A DNA stretch of 64,000 nucleotides from assembly GCA_002269645.1 (NCBI GenBank), contig NIVC01001855.1:62001-126000 (forward strand), written 5' to 3'. Below the pieces are notes generated by a model. The model ran no database searches, was not told the origin of the DNA, and was given only the letters and a program-made list of their open reading frames with translations. Below, one piece after another: positions 13,905 to 26,189 of the stretch; the first letter of the stretch is position 1, and each line of letters opens with the position of its first letter. Origin of the DNA: Macrostomum lignano (taxonomy: Eukaryota). The position numbers were made by a program, and so were the translations under genes.

Positions 13905-16640
13905 CCACTTAGCTACCTGACACCTCACTGCACTGAGTTACCTACCCAATTAGCTACCAGACACCTCACTGCACTGAGTTACCTACCCAATTAGCTACCA
14001 GACACCTCACTGCACTGAGTTACCTACCCAATTAGCTACCAGACACCTCACTGCACTGAGTTACCTACCCAATTAGCTACCAGACACCTCACTGCACTGA
14101 GTTACCTACCCACTTAGCTACCAGACACCTCACTGCACTGAGTTACCTACCCACTTAGCTACCTGACACCTCACTGCACTGAGTTACCTACCCACTTAGC
14201 TACCAGACACCTCACTGCACTGAGTTACCTACCCAATTAGCTACCTGACACCTCACTGCACTGAGTTACCTACCCACTTAGCTACCAGACACCTCACTGC
14301 ACTGAGTTACCTACCCAATTAGCTACCAGACACCTCACTGCACTGAGTTACCTATCCAATTAGCTACCAGACACCTCACTGCACTGAGTTACCTACCCAA
14401 TTAGCTACCAGACACCTCACTGCACTGAGTTACCTACCCACTTAGCTACCAGACACCTCACTGCACTGAGTTACCTACCCAATTAGCTACCAGACACCTC
14501 ACTGCACTGAGTTACCTACCCAATTAGCTACCAGACACCTCACTGCACTGAGTTACCTACCCAATTAGCTACCTGACACCTCACTGCACTGAGTTACCTA
14601 CCCAATTAGCTACCAGACACCTCACTGCACTGAGTTACCTACCCAATTAGCTACCTGACACCTCACTGCACTGAGTTACCTACCCACTTAGCTACCAGAC
14701 ACCTCACTGCACTGAGTTACCTACCCAATTAGCTACCAGACACCTCACTGCACTGAGTTACCTATCCAATTAGCTACCAGACACCTCACTGCACTGAGTT
14801 ACCTACCCAATTAGCTACCAGACACCTCACTGCACTGAGTTACCTACCCACTTAGCTACCAGACACCTCACTGCACTGAGTTACCTACCCAATTAGCTAC
14901 CAGACACCTCACTGCACTGAGTTACCTACCCAATTAGCTACCAGACACCTCACTGCACTGAGTTACCTACCCAATTAGCTACCTGACACCTCACTGCACT
15001 GAGTTACCTACCCAATTAGCTACCAGACACCTCACTGCACTGAGTTACCTACCCACTTAGCTACCAGACACCTCACTGCACTGAGTTACCTACCCAATTA
15101 GCTACCAGACACCTCACTGCACTGAGTTACCTACCCAATTAGCTACCAGACACCTCACTGCACTGAGTTACCTACCTACTTAGCTACCAGACACCTCACT
15201 GCACTGAGTTACCTACCCACTTAGCTACCAGACACCTCACTGCACTGAGTTACCTACCCAATTAGCTACCAGACACCTCACTGCACTGAGTTACCTACCC
15301 AATTAGCTACCAGACACCTCACTGCACTGAGTTACCTACCCAATTAGCTACCAGACACCTCACTGCACTGAGTTACCTACCCAATTAGCTACCTGACACC
15401 TCACTGCACTAAGTTACCTACCCAATTAGCTACCAAACACCTCACTGCACTGAGTTACCTACCCAATTAGCTACCAGACACCTCACTGCACTGAGTTACC
15501 TACCCAATTAGCTACCAGACACCTCACTGCACTGAGTTACCTACCCAATTAGCTACCAGACACCTCACTGCACTGAGTTACCTACCCACTTAGCTACCAG
15601 ACACCTCACTGCACTGAGTTACCTACCCAATTAGCTACCAGACACCTCACTGCACTGAGTTACCTACCCAATTAGCTACCAGACACCTCACTGCACTGAG
15701 TTACCTACCCAATTAGCTACCTGACACCTCACTGCACTGAGTTACCTACCCAATTAGCTACCAGACACCTCACTGCACTGAGTTACCTACCCACTTAGCT
15801 ACCAGACACCTCACTGCACTGAGTTACCTACCCAATTAGCTACCTGACACCTCACTGCACTGAGTTACCTACCCAATTAGCTACCAGACACCTCACTGCA
15901 CTGAGTTACCTACCCAATTAGCTACCAGACACCTCACTGCACTGAGTTACCTACCCAATTAGCTACCAGACACCTCACTGCACTGAGTTACCTACCCAAT
16001 TAGCTACCTGACACCTCACTGCACTGAGTTACCTACCCAATTAGCTACCAGACACCTCACTGCACTGAGTTACCTACCCAATTAGCTACCAGACACCTCA
16101 CTGCACTGAGTTACCTACCCAATTAGCTACCAGACACCTCACTGCACTGAGTTACCTACCCAATTAGCTACCAGACACCTCACTGCACTGAGTTACCTAC
16201 CCAATTAGCTACCAGACACCTCACTGCACTGAGTTACCTACCCAATTAGCTACCAGACACCTCACTGCACTGAGTTACCTACCCAATTAGCTACCAGACA
16301 CCTCACTGCACTGAGTTACCTACCCAATTAGCTACCAGACACCTCACTGCACTGAGTTACCTACCCAATTAGCTACCAGACACCTCACTGCACTGAGTTA
16401 CCTACCCAATTAGCTACCTGACACCTCACTGCACTGAGTTACCTACCCAATTAGCTACCAGACACCTCACTGCACTGAGTGACCTACCCCCAATTAACTA
16501 CCTGACACCTTACTGCACTGAATGACCTACCCTACCCCCAATTAACTACCTGACACCTTACTGCACTGAATGACCTACCCTACCCCCAATTAACTACCTG
16601 ACACCTCACTGCACTCAGTGACCTACCCAATTAGCTACCT
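13905..16640. repeat. Tandem satellite, 41 bp monomer CACCTCACTGCACTGAGTTACCTACCCAATTAGCTACCAGA
   Basis: Period 41 (CACCTC at 13921 and 13962); homogeneous centre, diverged monomers at both edges. Confidence 0.98.
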
Positions 16641-17159
16641 TGAAATCTATTGGTCATAACTAATTGATTGCTAATCTATCAGACTTTTTAAATGATTTAA
16701 TGTGGCATTTTTATTAACTATATTAAACAGAAGTTTCACCGAAAATATAAATATAAACTACATGGACTGCAAACAAGAGAAGAAATGAGAAATTAAACCA
16801 AATAAAAACTGAAGCTATGAAACATGCACAATACTAAATGGATTATTAAAATATTGCACAGGAGTAGGCAAAAAAATATCCAAAATCAATGCGGTAAGAA
16901 ATTTATTTAAAAATTTATAAATAAAATCTAGCTAATTCTGACCCTCAGTCAGTAGTCACTGGAAGAAATTAACTTTGTTTTCTGAAAAAAATAAAAAGAA
17001 CATAAAATAAAATATATACTAGCAATACTAATTGCTATGGAATACTTAGAGAAATAACAGTTATGATCTGGTGAAATCTAGTTTATTGTTAAAAATAATA
17101 TGTACATTGAGTGTATGTGGACTAATTCAAAGTGTCTGTTAAGGGACTCAATGTACATT

Positions 17160-17345
17160 AGGTTTGGAAAGAATGGTCGGGAGTGAGTGTACACTGGGGG
17201 TAGAAAAGTTGATTGGGAGTGAGTGTACACTGGGGGTAGAAAATTTTTTGGGAGTGAGTGTACAATGGGGATAGAAAAGTTTGTTGGGAGTGAGTGTACA
17301 TTGGGGATAGGAAAGTTGGTCGGGAGTCAATGTACACTGGGGATA
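17160..17345. repeat. 36 bp minisatellite, about 5 copies (GGGAGTGAGTGTACACTGGGGGTAGAAAAGTTGATT)
   Basis: Repeats visible directly; downstream of the LPGAT1 stop and its candidate AATAAA (17384-17389, minus). Confidence 0.9.
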
Positions 17346-17426
17346 GAATGTTTTCGAGGTGTAAGAACACGATATGAACGATATTTATTAAACTGTTAGC
17401 GCTGCCCTTAGACTGTAATTATAGCA

Positions 17427-20386
17427 TCAAAACAGAAGCCCAAAAACAACAAACACGAAGCAGACTAGCCTGTACATCAGGTAGATATAGCCAGCCGACA
17501 CTAGATAACCCAGAATGATATTTGGCCAATGGAACTCCACAGGACAGTGCCGGGTAGTTGGAAATTCGCCAGTTCTGTAAAACTCATCTAATTGGCTGTT
17601 CTTCTCCTGCCAGCGACTGTACAGCCAGGTGAGAAGTTCATCTGAGCTCTCAAGAGGCACGGCGTCCTTGCTAACATTGAACACCCGTTGGTTGACGTGA
17701 ACTGTGCTGGACTTTGACCAGCCGAGCACAATGTCATCCAGACCGTGCGGTTTGTTGTCCTGGTAGCCTATGGTCATGTCGATGATGTAGTCCAGGCCTT
17801 GCGAGGAGAGGTTTGGGCCAAGTTAGACACAAGTTAAACGTGCACAAAAAAGTACATGTACATGTAGGACTGTACATAATTCAGCAGATTCTTAGGTGTT
17901 TTGCTTTGCACACACTCACACACACACTAACCTAACCCATTATTTATTGTGTTGTGTACATGTATATCCATCCATAGGGGGTTGTAGCCTATAGTGGTTA
18001 GAGCCTCAGACTCACGACTTGAAGGTCGGGGGTTCGATTCCCGATCCCACTGGAACACTTAACTCTGCATTGCTTCAGTTCACCCAGCTGTAATGTAAAT
18101 GGGTGCCAGCATTAGCTGGGGTAACTGAGGGTGTGTGTGGCGACCCCCCCCCCAGTCATAGGACTGAACAGCCGGACTCAGCCTTCAGATGCGCCACGCA
18201 ATGGCTGCGGCTGAGCTGTCGGTTGTACATCTGGCTATTAAGGCAGGGGTAATCAATTATTATTATTATTATTATTATCATTATTATGTTGAAACAATCC
18301 TGCCGTTCACAGCGAACACAGTTTGGAAACTTTAGCAACACCCCTCGTAAATTAGTAAATTACGTATGTTTGTTTTAATTCACTCAAGTCTGTCCTGCAG
18401 ACAGATCTTAGAAATCGTGAGCATAAACTGACGATTCTTAGAAAACAAAGTTCTTAGAAATCCTATGATTTGAAAGCAATTCTTAGAAACCAACTAACTC
18501 ACCTGCCCCATCCGCGGGACTGGCGGTACGCAGGGCTTCGGCAAAGGCGTAGATGGCGCCAACTCTGGGATAGGTCACGTGATCCATTGGCGGCAGCCCG
18601 TGCTTCTCGGCGAATCTGTTGCTAGCGGCTATTCGCTTGTAGTGAAAACCGCCTTCGGGAAAGATGACGCACCAGTTGCGGGGCAGCTGCAGGTAGGTCC
18701 GGGCCACGCTGCGGGAGAACTCAGCCAGGGTGCCCTGGCGGGTTTCCTTGCCCTGCAGGATGAAGTGATCGCGGTGCACCTGGCGGCGGCGGGGGTTGGC
18801 GGGGCTTCGGCTAATGGGGGTGCATTTGGATTCGAGTGCGGGGCTTCGGGGCCAAGCTGCTGCGGGCTCAGGGCGATTCTTGACTGGGCGATTCCTAATT
18901 AGGAGATTCTGAATCTGGCGATTCTTAACTAGGGGATTCTTAATTAGGTGATTCTTAATTAGGTGATTCTTAATTAGGTGATTCGTAATCAGGGGATTCT
19001 TGACTGGGCGATTCTTAAATAGGCGATTCTTGGCTGGGCGATTCTTGACTGGGCGATTCTTAAATAGGCGATTCTTGACTGGGCGATTCTTAAATAGGCG
19101 ATTCTTGACTGGGCGATTCTTAAATAGGCGATTCTTGACTGGGCGATTCTTAAATAGGCGATTCTTGACTGGGCGATTCTTGACTGGGCGATTCTTAAAT
19201 AGGCGATTCTTGACTGGGCGATTCTTAAATAGGCGATTCTTGACTGGGCGATTCTTGACTAGCGATTCTTAATTAGGAGATTCTTAATCTGGCGATTCTT
19301 AACTAGGGGATTCTTAATTAGGTGATTCTATATTAGGTGATTCTTAATCAGGTGATTCTTGACTGGGCGATTCTTAAATAGGCGATTCTTGACTGGGCGA
19401 TTCTTAAATAGGCGATTCTTGGCTGGGCGATTCTTGACTGGGCGATTCCTAAATAGGCGATTCTTGACTGGGCGATTTTTAAATAGGCGATTCTTGACTG
19501 GGCGATTCTTAAATAGGCGATTCTTGACTGGGCGATTCTTGACTGGGCGATTCTTAAATAGGCGATTCTTGACTGGGCGATTCTTAAATAGGCGATTCTT
19601 GACTGGGCGATTCTTGACTAGCGATTCTTAATTAGGAGATTCTTAATCTGGCGATTCTTAACTAGGGGATTCTTAATTAGGTGATTCTATATTAGGTGAT
19701 TCTTAATCAGGTGATTCTTGACTAGGCGGTTCTTAAATAGGCGATTCTTGACTGGGCGATTCTTAATTAGGTGATTCTTAATCTGGCGATTCTTAATTAG
19801 GTGATTCTCAAAGGGCAGTAGAATACTTAAACAACTCAACAATTACAAAATGAAAGAGAGTATCAAAGATAGATACGGCAACAAAATTTAAACCAAAAAG
19901 TTCAGCATTCATCTCCGTTACCTGTGACACCCAACCAAAAGGTGTCCACTTGAACAGCACATCCATGACCCACCACAGGTTGGGAATGGGACAGGGGTGG
20001 CTGTTCACCCACAGGTAGAACAGGGTGGGCACATCGGCCGTGGACACGTGATTGCAAATCACCAAAGTGCGGCTTGAATAGGCTTGGTTAGGAATGGCGT
20101 CGCCATGGAGACACAGCCGATAGCCGGCCGTGTGTGTCCAGGTGGCCACGTGACCGAAAATTCGCTCGAACAAGAAGCCCTCAATGCGCCAGTAAAGATC
20201 CTCGCGGCCAAGAAGGCGGCACATGAGCGGTTTCAACAGAAGCAGGAACAGACTATGACATGCTGTGCTCAAAAGTACATCCGCAGTGATCAACGCGCCA
20301 CGCAGTCCCCAGCCAATGCGACGCGACAGGGGCGTTGAATCAGCAGCTGAGGTCATGACTCTGTTCTTGAGGTCAAGCGCATGCAT
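17427..20386 (-). CDS. LPGAT1: Lysophosphatidylglycerol acyltransferase 1 (PlsC family); 3 coding exons 20386(or 20356)-19922, 18779-18503, 17797-17427; 360-370 aa
   Basis: NHVSTAD (HxxxxD) motif, WVMDVLFKWTPFGWVS, VIFPEGGF, VTYPRVGA, GLDYIIDMTIGY and a C-terminal TM match LPGAT1 as recalled. GT-AG introns in phases 0 and 1 join in frame. Confidence 0.92.
17977..18287 (+). mobile_element. tRNA(Val)-derived SINE, near full length, with (ATT)n tail, in LPGAT1 intron 2
   Basis: Pol III A box (TAGCCTATAGTGGTTAGAGC) and B box (GGTTCGATTCC), anticodon-like CAC loop, body CTTAACTCTGCATTGCTTCAGTTCACCCAGCTGTAA shared with copies at 35.3 kb and 50.8 kb, ATT microsatellite tail. Confidence 0.8.
18880..19810. 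repeat. 15 bp minisatellite (GGCGATTCTTAAATA / GGCGATTCTTGACTG) filling LPGAT1 intron 1
   Basis: Seen directly; higher-order duplication of about 359 bp (19000 vs 19359). Confidence 0.97.
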
Positions 20387-20419
20387 GATTTTTATTTTTG
20401 TCTGTTGGAAAGCAAAATT

Positions 20420-22010
20420 ACACACTGAGAATCATCCTGTTACACACTGAGAAGTATCCTGTTACACACTGAGAAGCATCCTGTTACACACAGAATCATC
20501 CTGTTACACACTGAGAAGCATCCTGTTACACACTGAGAATCATCCTGTTACACACTGAGAAGCATCCTGTTACACACAGAATCATCCTGTTACACACTGA
20601 GAAGCATCCTGTTACACACTGAGAAGCATCCTGTTACACACTGAGAAGCATCCTGTTACACACTGAGAAGCATCCTGTTACACACTGAGAAGCATCCTGT
20701 TACACACTGAGAATCATCCTGTTACACACTGAGAAGTATCCTGTTACACACTGAGAAGCATCCTGTTACACACTGAGAAGCATCCTGTTACACACTGAGA
20801 AGTATCCTGTTACACACTGAGAAGTATCCTGTTACACACTGAAAATCATCCTGTTACACACTGAGAAGCATCCTGTTACACACTGAAAATCATCCTGTTA
20901 CACACTGAGAATCATCCTGTTACACACTGAGAATCATCCTGTTACACACTGAGAATCATCCTGTTACACACTGAGAATAATCCTGTTACACACTAAGAAG
21001 CATCCTGTTACACACTGAGAATCATCCTGTTACATACTGAGAATAATCCTGTTACACACTGAGAATAATCCTGTTACACACTAAGAAGCATCCTGTTACA
21101 CACTGAGAAGCATCCTGTTACACACTGAGAATCATCCTGTTACACACTGAGAATCATCCTGTTACATACTGAGAAGTATCCTGTTACACACTGAGAATCA
21201 TCCTGTTACACACTGAGAAGCATCCTGTTACACACTGAGAATAATCCTGTTACACACTAAGAAGCATCCTGTTACACACTGAGAATCATCCTGTTACACA
21301 CTAAGAAGCATCCTGTTACACACTGAGAATCATCCTGTTACACACTGAGAATCATCCTGTTACATACTGAGAATAATCCTGTTACACACTGAGAATAATC
21401 CTGTTACACACTAAGAAGCATCCTGTTACACACTGAGAAGCATCCTGTTACACACTGAGAATAATCCTGTTACACACTGAGAAGTATCCTGTTACACACT
21501 GAAAATCATCCTGTTACACACTGAGAAGTATCCTGTTACACACTGAGAATCATCCTGTTACACACTGAGAAGTATCCTGTTACATACTGAGAATCATCCT
21601 GTTACACACTGAGAAGTATCATGTTACACACTGAAAATCATCCTGTTACACACTGAAAAGCATCCCGTTACACACAGAATCATGCTGTTACACACTGAGA
21701 AGTATCCTGTTACACACTGAGAAGCATCCTGTTACACACTGAGAAGTATCCTGTTACACACTGAAAATCATCCTGTTACACACTGAAAAGCATCCCGTTA
21801 CACACAGAATCATGCTGTTACACAAACAAGCATCCTGTTACATAAACAGGCATCCTTTTGCATAATCAAGCATCCTGTTACACAAACAGGCACCTTTTGT
21901 ACAATCAAGCATCCTGTTACACCCCGAGAATCATCCACAAACAAGCATCCTGTTACACAAACAGGCATCCTTTTGCACAATCAAGCATCCTGTTACACTG
22001 AGAAGCGTTC
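20420..22010. repeat. 22 bp minisatellite CATCCTGTTACACACTGAGAAG between the MIEAP-like gene and LPGAT1
   Basis: Seen directly; degenerates after about 21780. Confidence 0.97.
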
Positions 22011-22145
22011 TGCTACACATATTTTAAAAACAGCTGTGGACCCCCTTCGGTGGCATTGTCGTACAATCAGCGGTGAAAATATTCCAGCCAATAATAAACT
22101 CTAAATAACATTTTTCCATAAAAAAATAGGTAAACACGTTTTTAA

Positions 22146-22151
22146 TTTATT
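22146..22151 (-). terminator. Candidate polyadenylation signal AATAAA of the MIEAP-like gene
   Basis: AATAAA on minus strand about 160 nt after the stop at 22310. Confidence 0.45.
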
Positions 22152-22309
22152 TGTTAAACACAAACACAGATAATGTACACACACAATGACAAAGATTATG
22201 AAAATGTTAGTTTTAGAAACTTTGTTTAAAAATGTTTTGAAGGTTGCAGGTCAAGCAGCTGGTTGAGAACTTTGGAGCTCAATTTCAATACATTTTGTTG
22301 AACTTCTCA

Positions 22310-23434
22310 TCAGCACAGCTTAACCATCGCTTTGCACAAGATTGTCTCCGGTTTAAGCTTGGTCGCATCGCATGGGTTCGAATCCTGCTGTTTGAGATCA
22401 ACTCTGTGACACAGGGCCGGCCACAGGACGCACCCGATGCGAGCCCCGGCTCGTTCCGCACCAACCACAGTCCGGTGCAGTCTGGGATCGAATTTCAGAG
22501 TAGTGCCACTGCCTTCGACAAGGTCTTCGACAAGTACAGTCAGACTGGATGACGCTTGGCCGCTGAAGCTCGAATGACAGGCGCAAACTGCGCCCCAGCA
22601 CCAAACGGCTGCAGCGTCGAGGAACCGCTGGGTAGCCAAGCCCAGCGACTGGGGATTTTGATCCCTATCGCTTTCGGAAGACAGCAGCAAAGCCAACGAG
22701 TTGGCTGACAGCAAAGAACTCCAACTGATGGTTGCGGCAACCTCGGCTGAAGTTGAGCAGAGCAGTTGCTGCACCTGCTGTCTGACCATCGACCGATTCG
22801 TGGAGCTGCTCGACGAAGGCGAGCTGCAGCCGAGAAGGCTACAGGTTAACGAGTCCGCCTTCGAATGCCACAGCGTCTCAGTTTCACTCAACATCTCGGC
22901 AAGGATTCTGTGCGCGGAGCTGTACAATTCTTCCGGCTGGCAACCGGTTAGCAACAGCAGTTCGGGCATTGCGACAGCCATAAATTTGCTGCACAGCTGG
23001 CGATAACCTGTCACAATCTGCTCTAAACTATTGCCGCTTGTCTTTGTCTTGACCATGGCAGGTCTTTGTGCAGCCTGCGCCGATCGCAGCCGATCGATGG
23101 TGCCCAGCTGATCGAGCTGGTCGCACACGGACTCGAACAGGAGAAACTGCACCTGCTCGTCTAGCTGATCAAAGTCCAACTGTTTGAGTAGGCAGTACTT
23201 TGGCCGCTTTGAGCACAGCTGATTAATGATAAGTCTGGTATCTGAGTGCCGAGTGGACCTGGGCTGAACCGACGCCGGACGATCCGCGACGCAAGTGACC
23301 GGTCGGGCTGGCGGTTTCGAGCGTCGCAGCGTCACGCCTTTGCTATTAGTGCCGCTGTCCGCGGTGCCGCGACAGACATTGGGAACGCTGGTGGCAGGTT
23401 TCAAAGCGGCCCGTTTCGACGATTTATTACCCAT
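22310..23434 (-). CDS. Intronless 374 aa protein; N-myristoylation motif and C-terminal MIEAP/SPATA18-like domain
   Basis: Long GC-rich ORF; MGNKSS fits MGxxxS; C-terminal AVWCW...LKFDPRLHR...IGCVLWPAL...ILCKAMV resembles the MIEAP C-terminal pattern (recalled, not searched). Confidence 0.75.
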   Translation of the reverse strand: MGNKSSKRAALKPATSVPNVCRGTADSGTNSKGVTLRRSKPPARPVTCVADRPASVQPRSTRHSDTRLIINQLCSKRPKYCLLKQLDFDQLDEQVQFLLFESVCDQLDQLGTIDRLRSAQAAQRPAMVKTKTSGNSLEQIVTGYRQLCSKFMAVAMPELLLLTGCQPEELYSSAHRILAEMLSETETLWHSKADSLTCSLLGCSSPSSSSSTNRSMVRQQVQQLLCSTSAEVAATISWSSLLSANSLALLLSSESDRDQNPQSLGLATQRFLDAAAVWCWGAVCACHSSFSGQASSSLTVLVEDLVEGSGTTLKFDPRLHRTVVGAERAGARIGCVLWPALCHRVDLKQQDSNPCDATKLKPETILCKAMVKLC

Positions 23435-23491
23435 CGCTAGCTAATTTTTTAACAGACGCAGTTCGGCCAAGCAGTCGTGCACAAGCAGATA

Positions 23492-23497
23492 TTTATA
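23492..23497 (-). promoter_or_regulatory. Candidate TATA box (GTATAAAT) of the MIEAP-like gene
   Basis: TATAAA about 60 nt upstream of the ATG at 23434 on the minus strand. Confidence 0.45.
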
Positions 23498-23829
23498 CAG
23501 AGTCTCGGCACCTCGCCACTCGGGGAAACCGTATCGGAGCCGAAAAATCTGACACAGCGAATAAGCGCCGCCCACTCAACTGCACTCGATTGAATAAACA
23601 TGCAGTTACAAGACACGAGAAGATAACAATCTCACGCACACTCTCTCATGCATTCAGCATTTTCTCTGGCCTAATATAGGAATTCGAATGGAACAGAATT
23701 TTTCTACGATAAATAAATAAATAGTTCATAGAAAAGTTAATCTAGAATTATGCCCAATTAAGGACTTTAGTGGTTTCTTGGATCGGGACATTACAAAATT
23801 TCAAACCATTCAATTTATTGAATCGTCAA

Positions 23830-24960
23830 ATCAAGCATCAACTATCAAAGTATATCAATCATCAAACATCATGTCAATCGATCATCAGAAATCAAAATGT
23901 CAATCAGTCAATCAATCAAGCATGAAAATACCAATTAGTCATCAAATATCAAAGTGTCAATCATCAAACATCATGTCAATCGATCATCAGAAATCAAAAT
24001 GTCAATCAGTCAATCAATCAAGCATCAAAATAACAATTAGTCATCAAATATCAAAGTGTCAATCATCAAACATCATGTCAATCGATCATCAGAAATCAAA
24101 ATGTCAAGCAATCAATCAAGCATCAAAATAACAATTAGTCATCAAATATCAAAGTGTCAATCATCAAACATCATGTCAATCGATCATCAGAAATCAAAAT
24201 GTCAAGCAATCAATCAAGCATCAAAATAACAATTAGTCATCAAATATCAAAGTGTCAATCATCAAACAGCATGTCAATCGATCATCAGAAATCAAAATGT
24301 CAAGCAATCAATCAAGCATCAAAATAACAATTAGTCATCAAATATCAAAGTGTCAATCATCAAACAGCATGTCAATCGATCATCAGAAATCAAAATGTCA
24401 AGCAATCAATCAAGCATGAAAATACCAATTAGTCATCAAATATCAAAGTGTCAATCATCAAACAGCATGTCAATCGATCATCAGAAATCAAAATGTCAAG
24501 CAATCAATCAAGCATCGAAATAACAATTAGTCATCAAATATCAAAGTGTCAATCATCAAACAGCATGTCAATCGATCATCAGAAATCAAAATGTCAAGCA
24601 ATCAATCAAGCATGAAAATACCAATTAGTCATCAAATATCAAAGTGTCAATCATCAAACAGCATGTCAATCGATCATCAGAAATCAAAATGTCAAGCAAT
24701 CAATCAAGCATCAAAATAACAATTAGTCATCAAATATCAAAGTGTCAATCATCAAACAGCATGTCAATCGATCATCAGAAATCAAAATGTCAAGCAATCA
24801 ATCAAGCATCAAAATACCAATTAGTCATCAAATATCAAAGTGTCAATCATCAAACATCATGTCAATCATCAAACATCATGTCAATCGATCATCAGAAATC
24901 AAAATGTCAATCAGTCAATCAATCAATCATCAAAATACCAATTAGTCATCAAATATCAGA
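23830..24960. repeat. 98-102 bp tandem repeat built from ATCA/TCAA subunits
   Basis: Recurrent GTCAATCATCAAACAGCATGTCAATCGATCATCAGAAATCAAAATG blocks, about 11 copies. Confidence 0.95.
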
Positions 24961-25479
24961 GCCCTAACAAAAGAAAATAAAAAAATACAAAAGCACACCC
25001 TATGAGTCAGAAATAAGCGAGGGTTTTTTATTAAACAGATCTAATAAGGAATGTGTAATTATAACTAAACTTTTCAACAATGAATAAATACATTAATAAT
25101 AAATACTAAATAGTTAGAAAGATGATTAGAATATTTGACTAGGTCTAATAAAGTTATAAATGTTAACAGGAATTAAAAGATCATTACTGATGAAGTCATA
25201 GCAGAAAAAACTGGTCATTTAGACGCACTAAATGATCAAATGGGCATGAGCGGCGTCACCTTAATGGTCATTAAAGTTTACTGAGGCTTGCATGCAGAAT
25301 GGTCATAAATTGCGTCTAAATAGTAATAATATTACATGTAATGAGTATGAGTATCAAAATTAAAAATATTGTCATTAAAGAAGGTTAAAACAAAAAAACG
25401 TGTAAATATGGGCTTCTTCTGATCTGTCGGACTAATCGTTTAATTCATCATACTACTCGTAGAATTGGTCATACTACTC

Positions 25480-25820
25480 GTATAATCGGTCATAACAATC
25501 GTCTAACTAGTCATACTTATTGTCTAATTGGACATTAATTGTCTAATCAGTCATGGTAATCGTCTAATTGGTCTTAGTAATAGTCTAATTAGTCATAATA
25601 ATTGTCTAATTAGTCATATTAATCGTCTGATTGGTTATGCGTATTATCTAATTGGTCATACTTATTATCTAATTGGTCATAGTAATCGTCTAATTGGTCA
25701 TAATAATTGTCTAATTGGTCATACTAATCGTCTAATTGGTCATACTTATTATCTAATTGGTCATAATAATCGTCTAATTGGTCATACCAATCTTTTAATT
25801 GGTCATAATAGTCGATAATA
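25480..25820. repeat. Degenerate 21 bp minisatellite (CGTCTAATTGGTCATAATAAT)
   Basis: Seen directly; gives the 7-aa periodic pseudo-ORF 25528-25818. Confidence 0.92.
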
Positions 25821-26189
25821 ATCGTCAAAAATCATTTCAATAATGCAAAAAAATCCTTAACGACAGATAAGTTCATCTCTCTGACGTGGATAATCATGAG
25901 TAAGTGCAGTTTAGGAAAGAGAGAACTTAGCGCTGGTACTTAAAGCAGAGCGAGTGAAAAAGCATTTGGCCTCGATTAAATATGCGCTTCAGGCGCTTTT
26001 GTATAAACGCGGCATAGCTAACTATAAATATTTGTTATTATTAATAGCTCACCTCTACAGATGACTATAAGCAAAATAGAAATAACAGATAGATAAAAAT
26101 TCGAGGTTTGGAAACGGGGATCAACAACCATTGTTAGGATCTTGTCGTTTGGGATTTTTAAACCTAAATTGGGGCTACTGGGATCCCGG

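Noticed and set aside
17977-18052. Functional tRNA-Val gene
   Set aside because: The T-stem/acceptor region is about 3 nt short and the sequence continues into a repeated SINE body.
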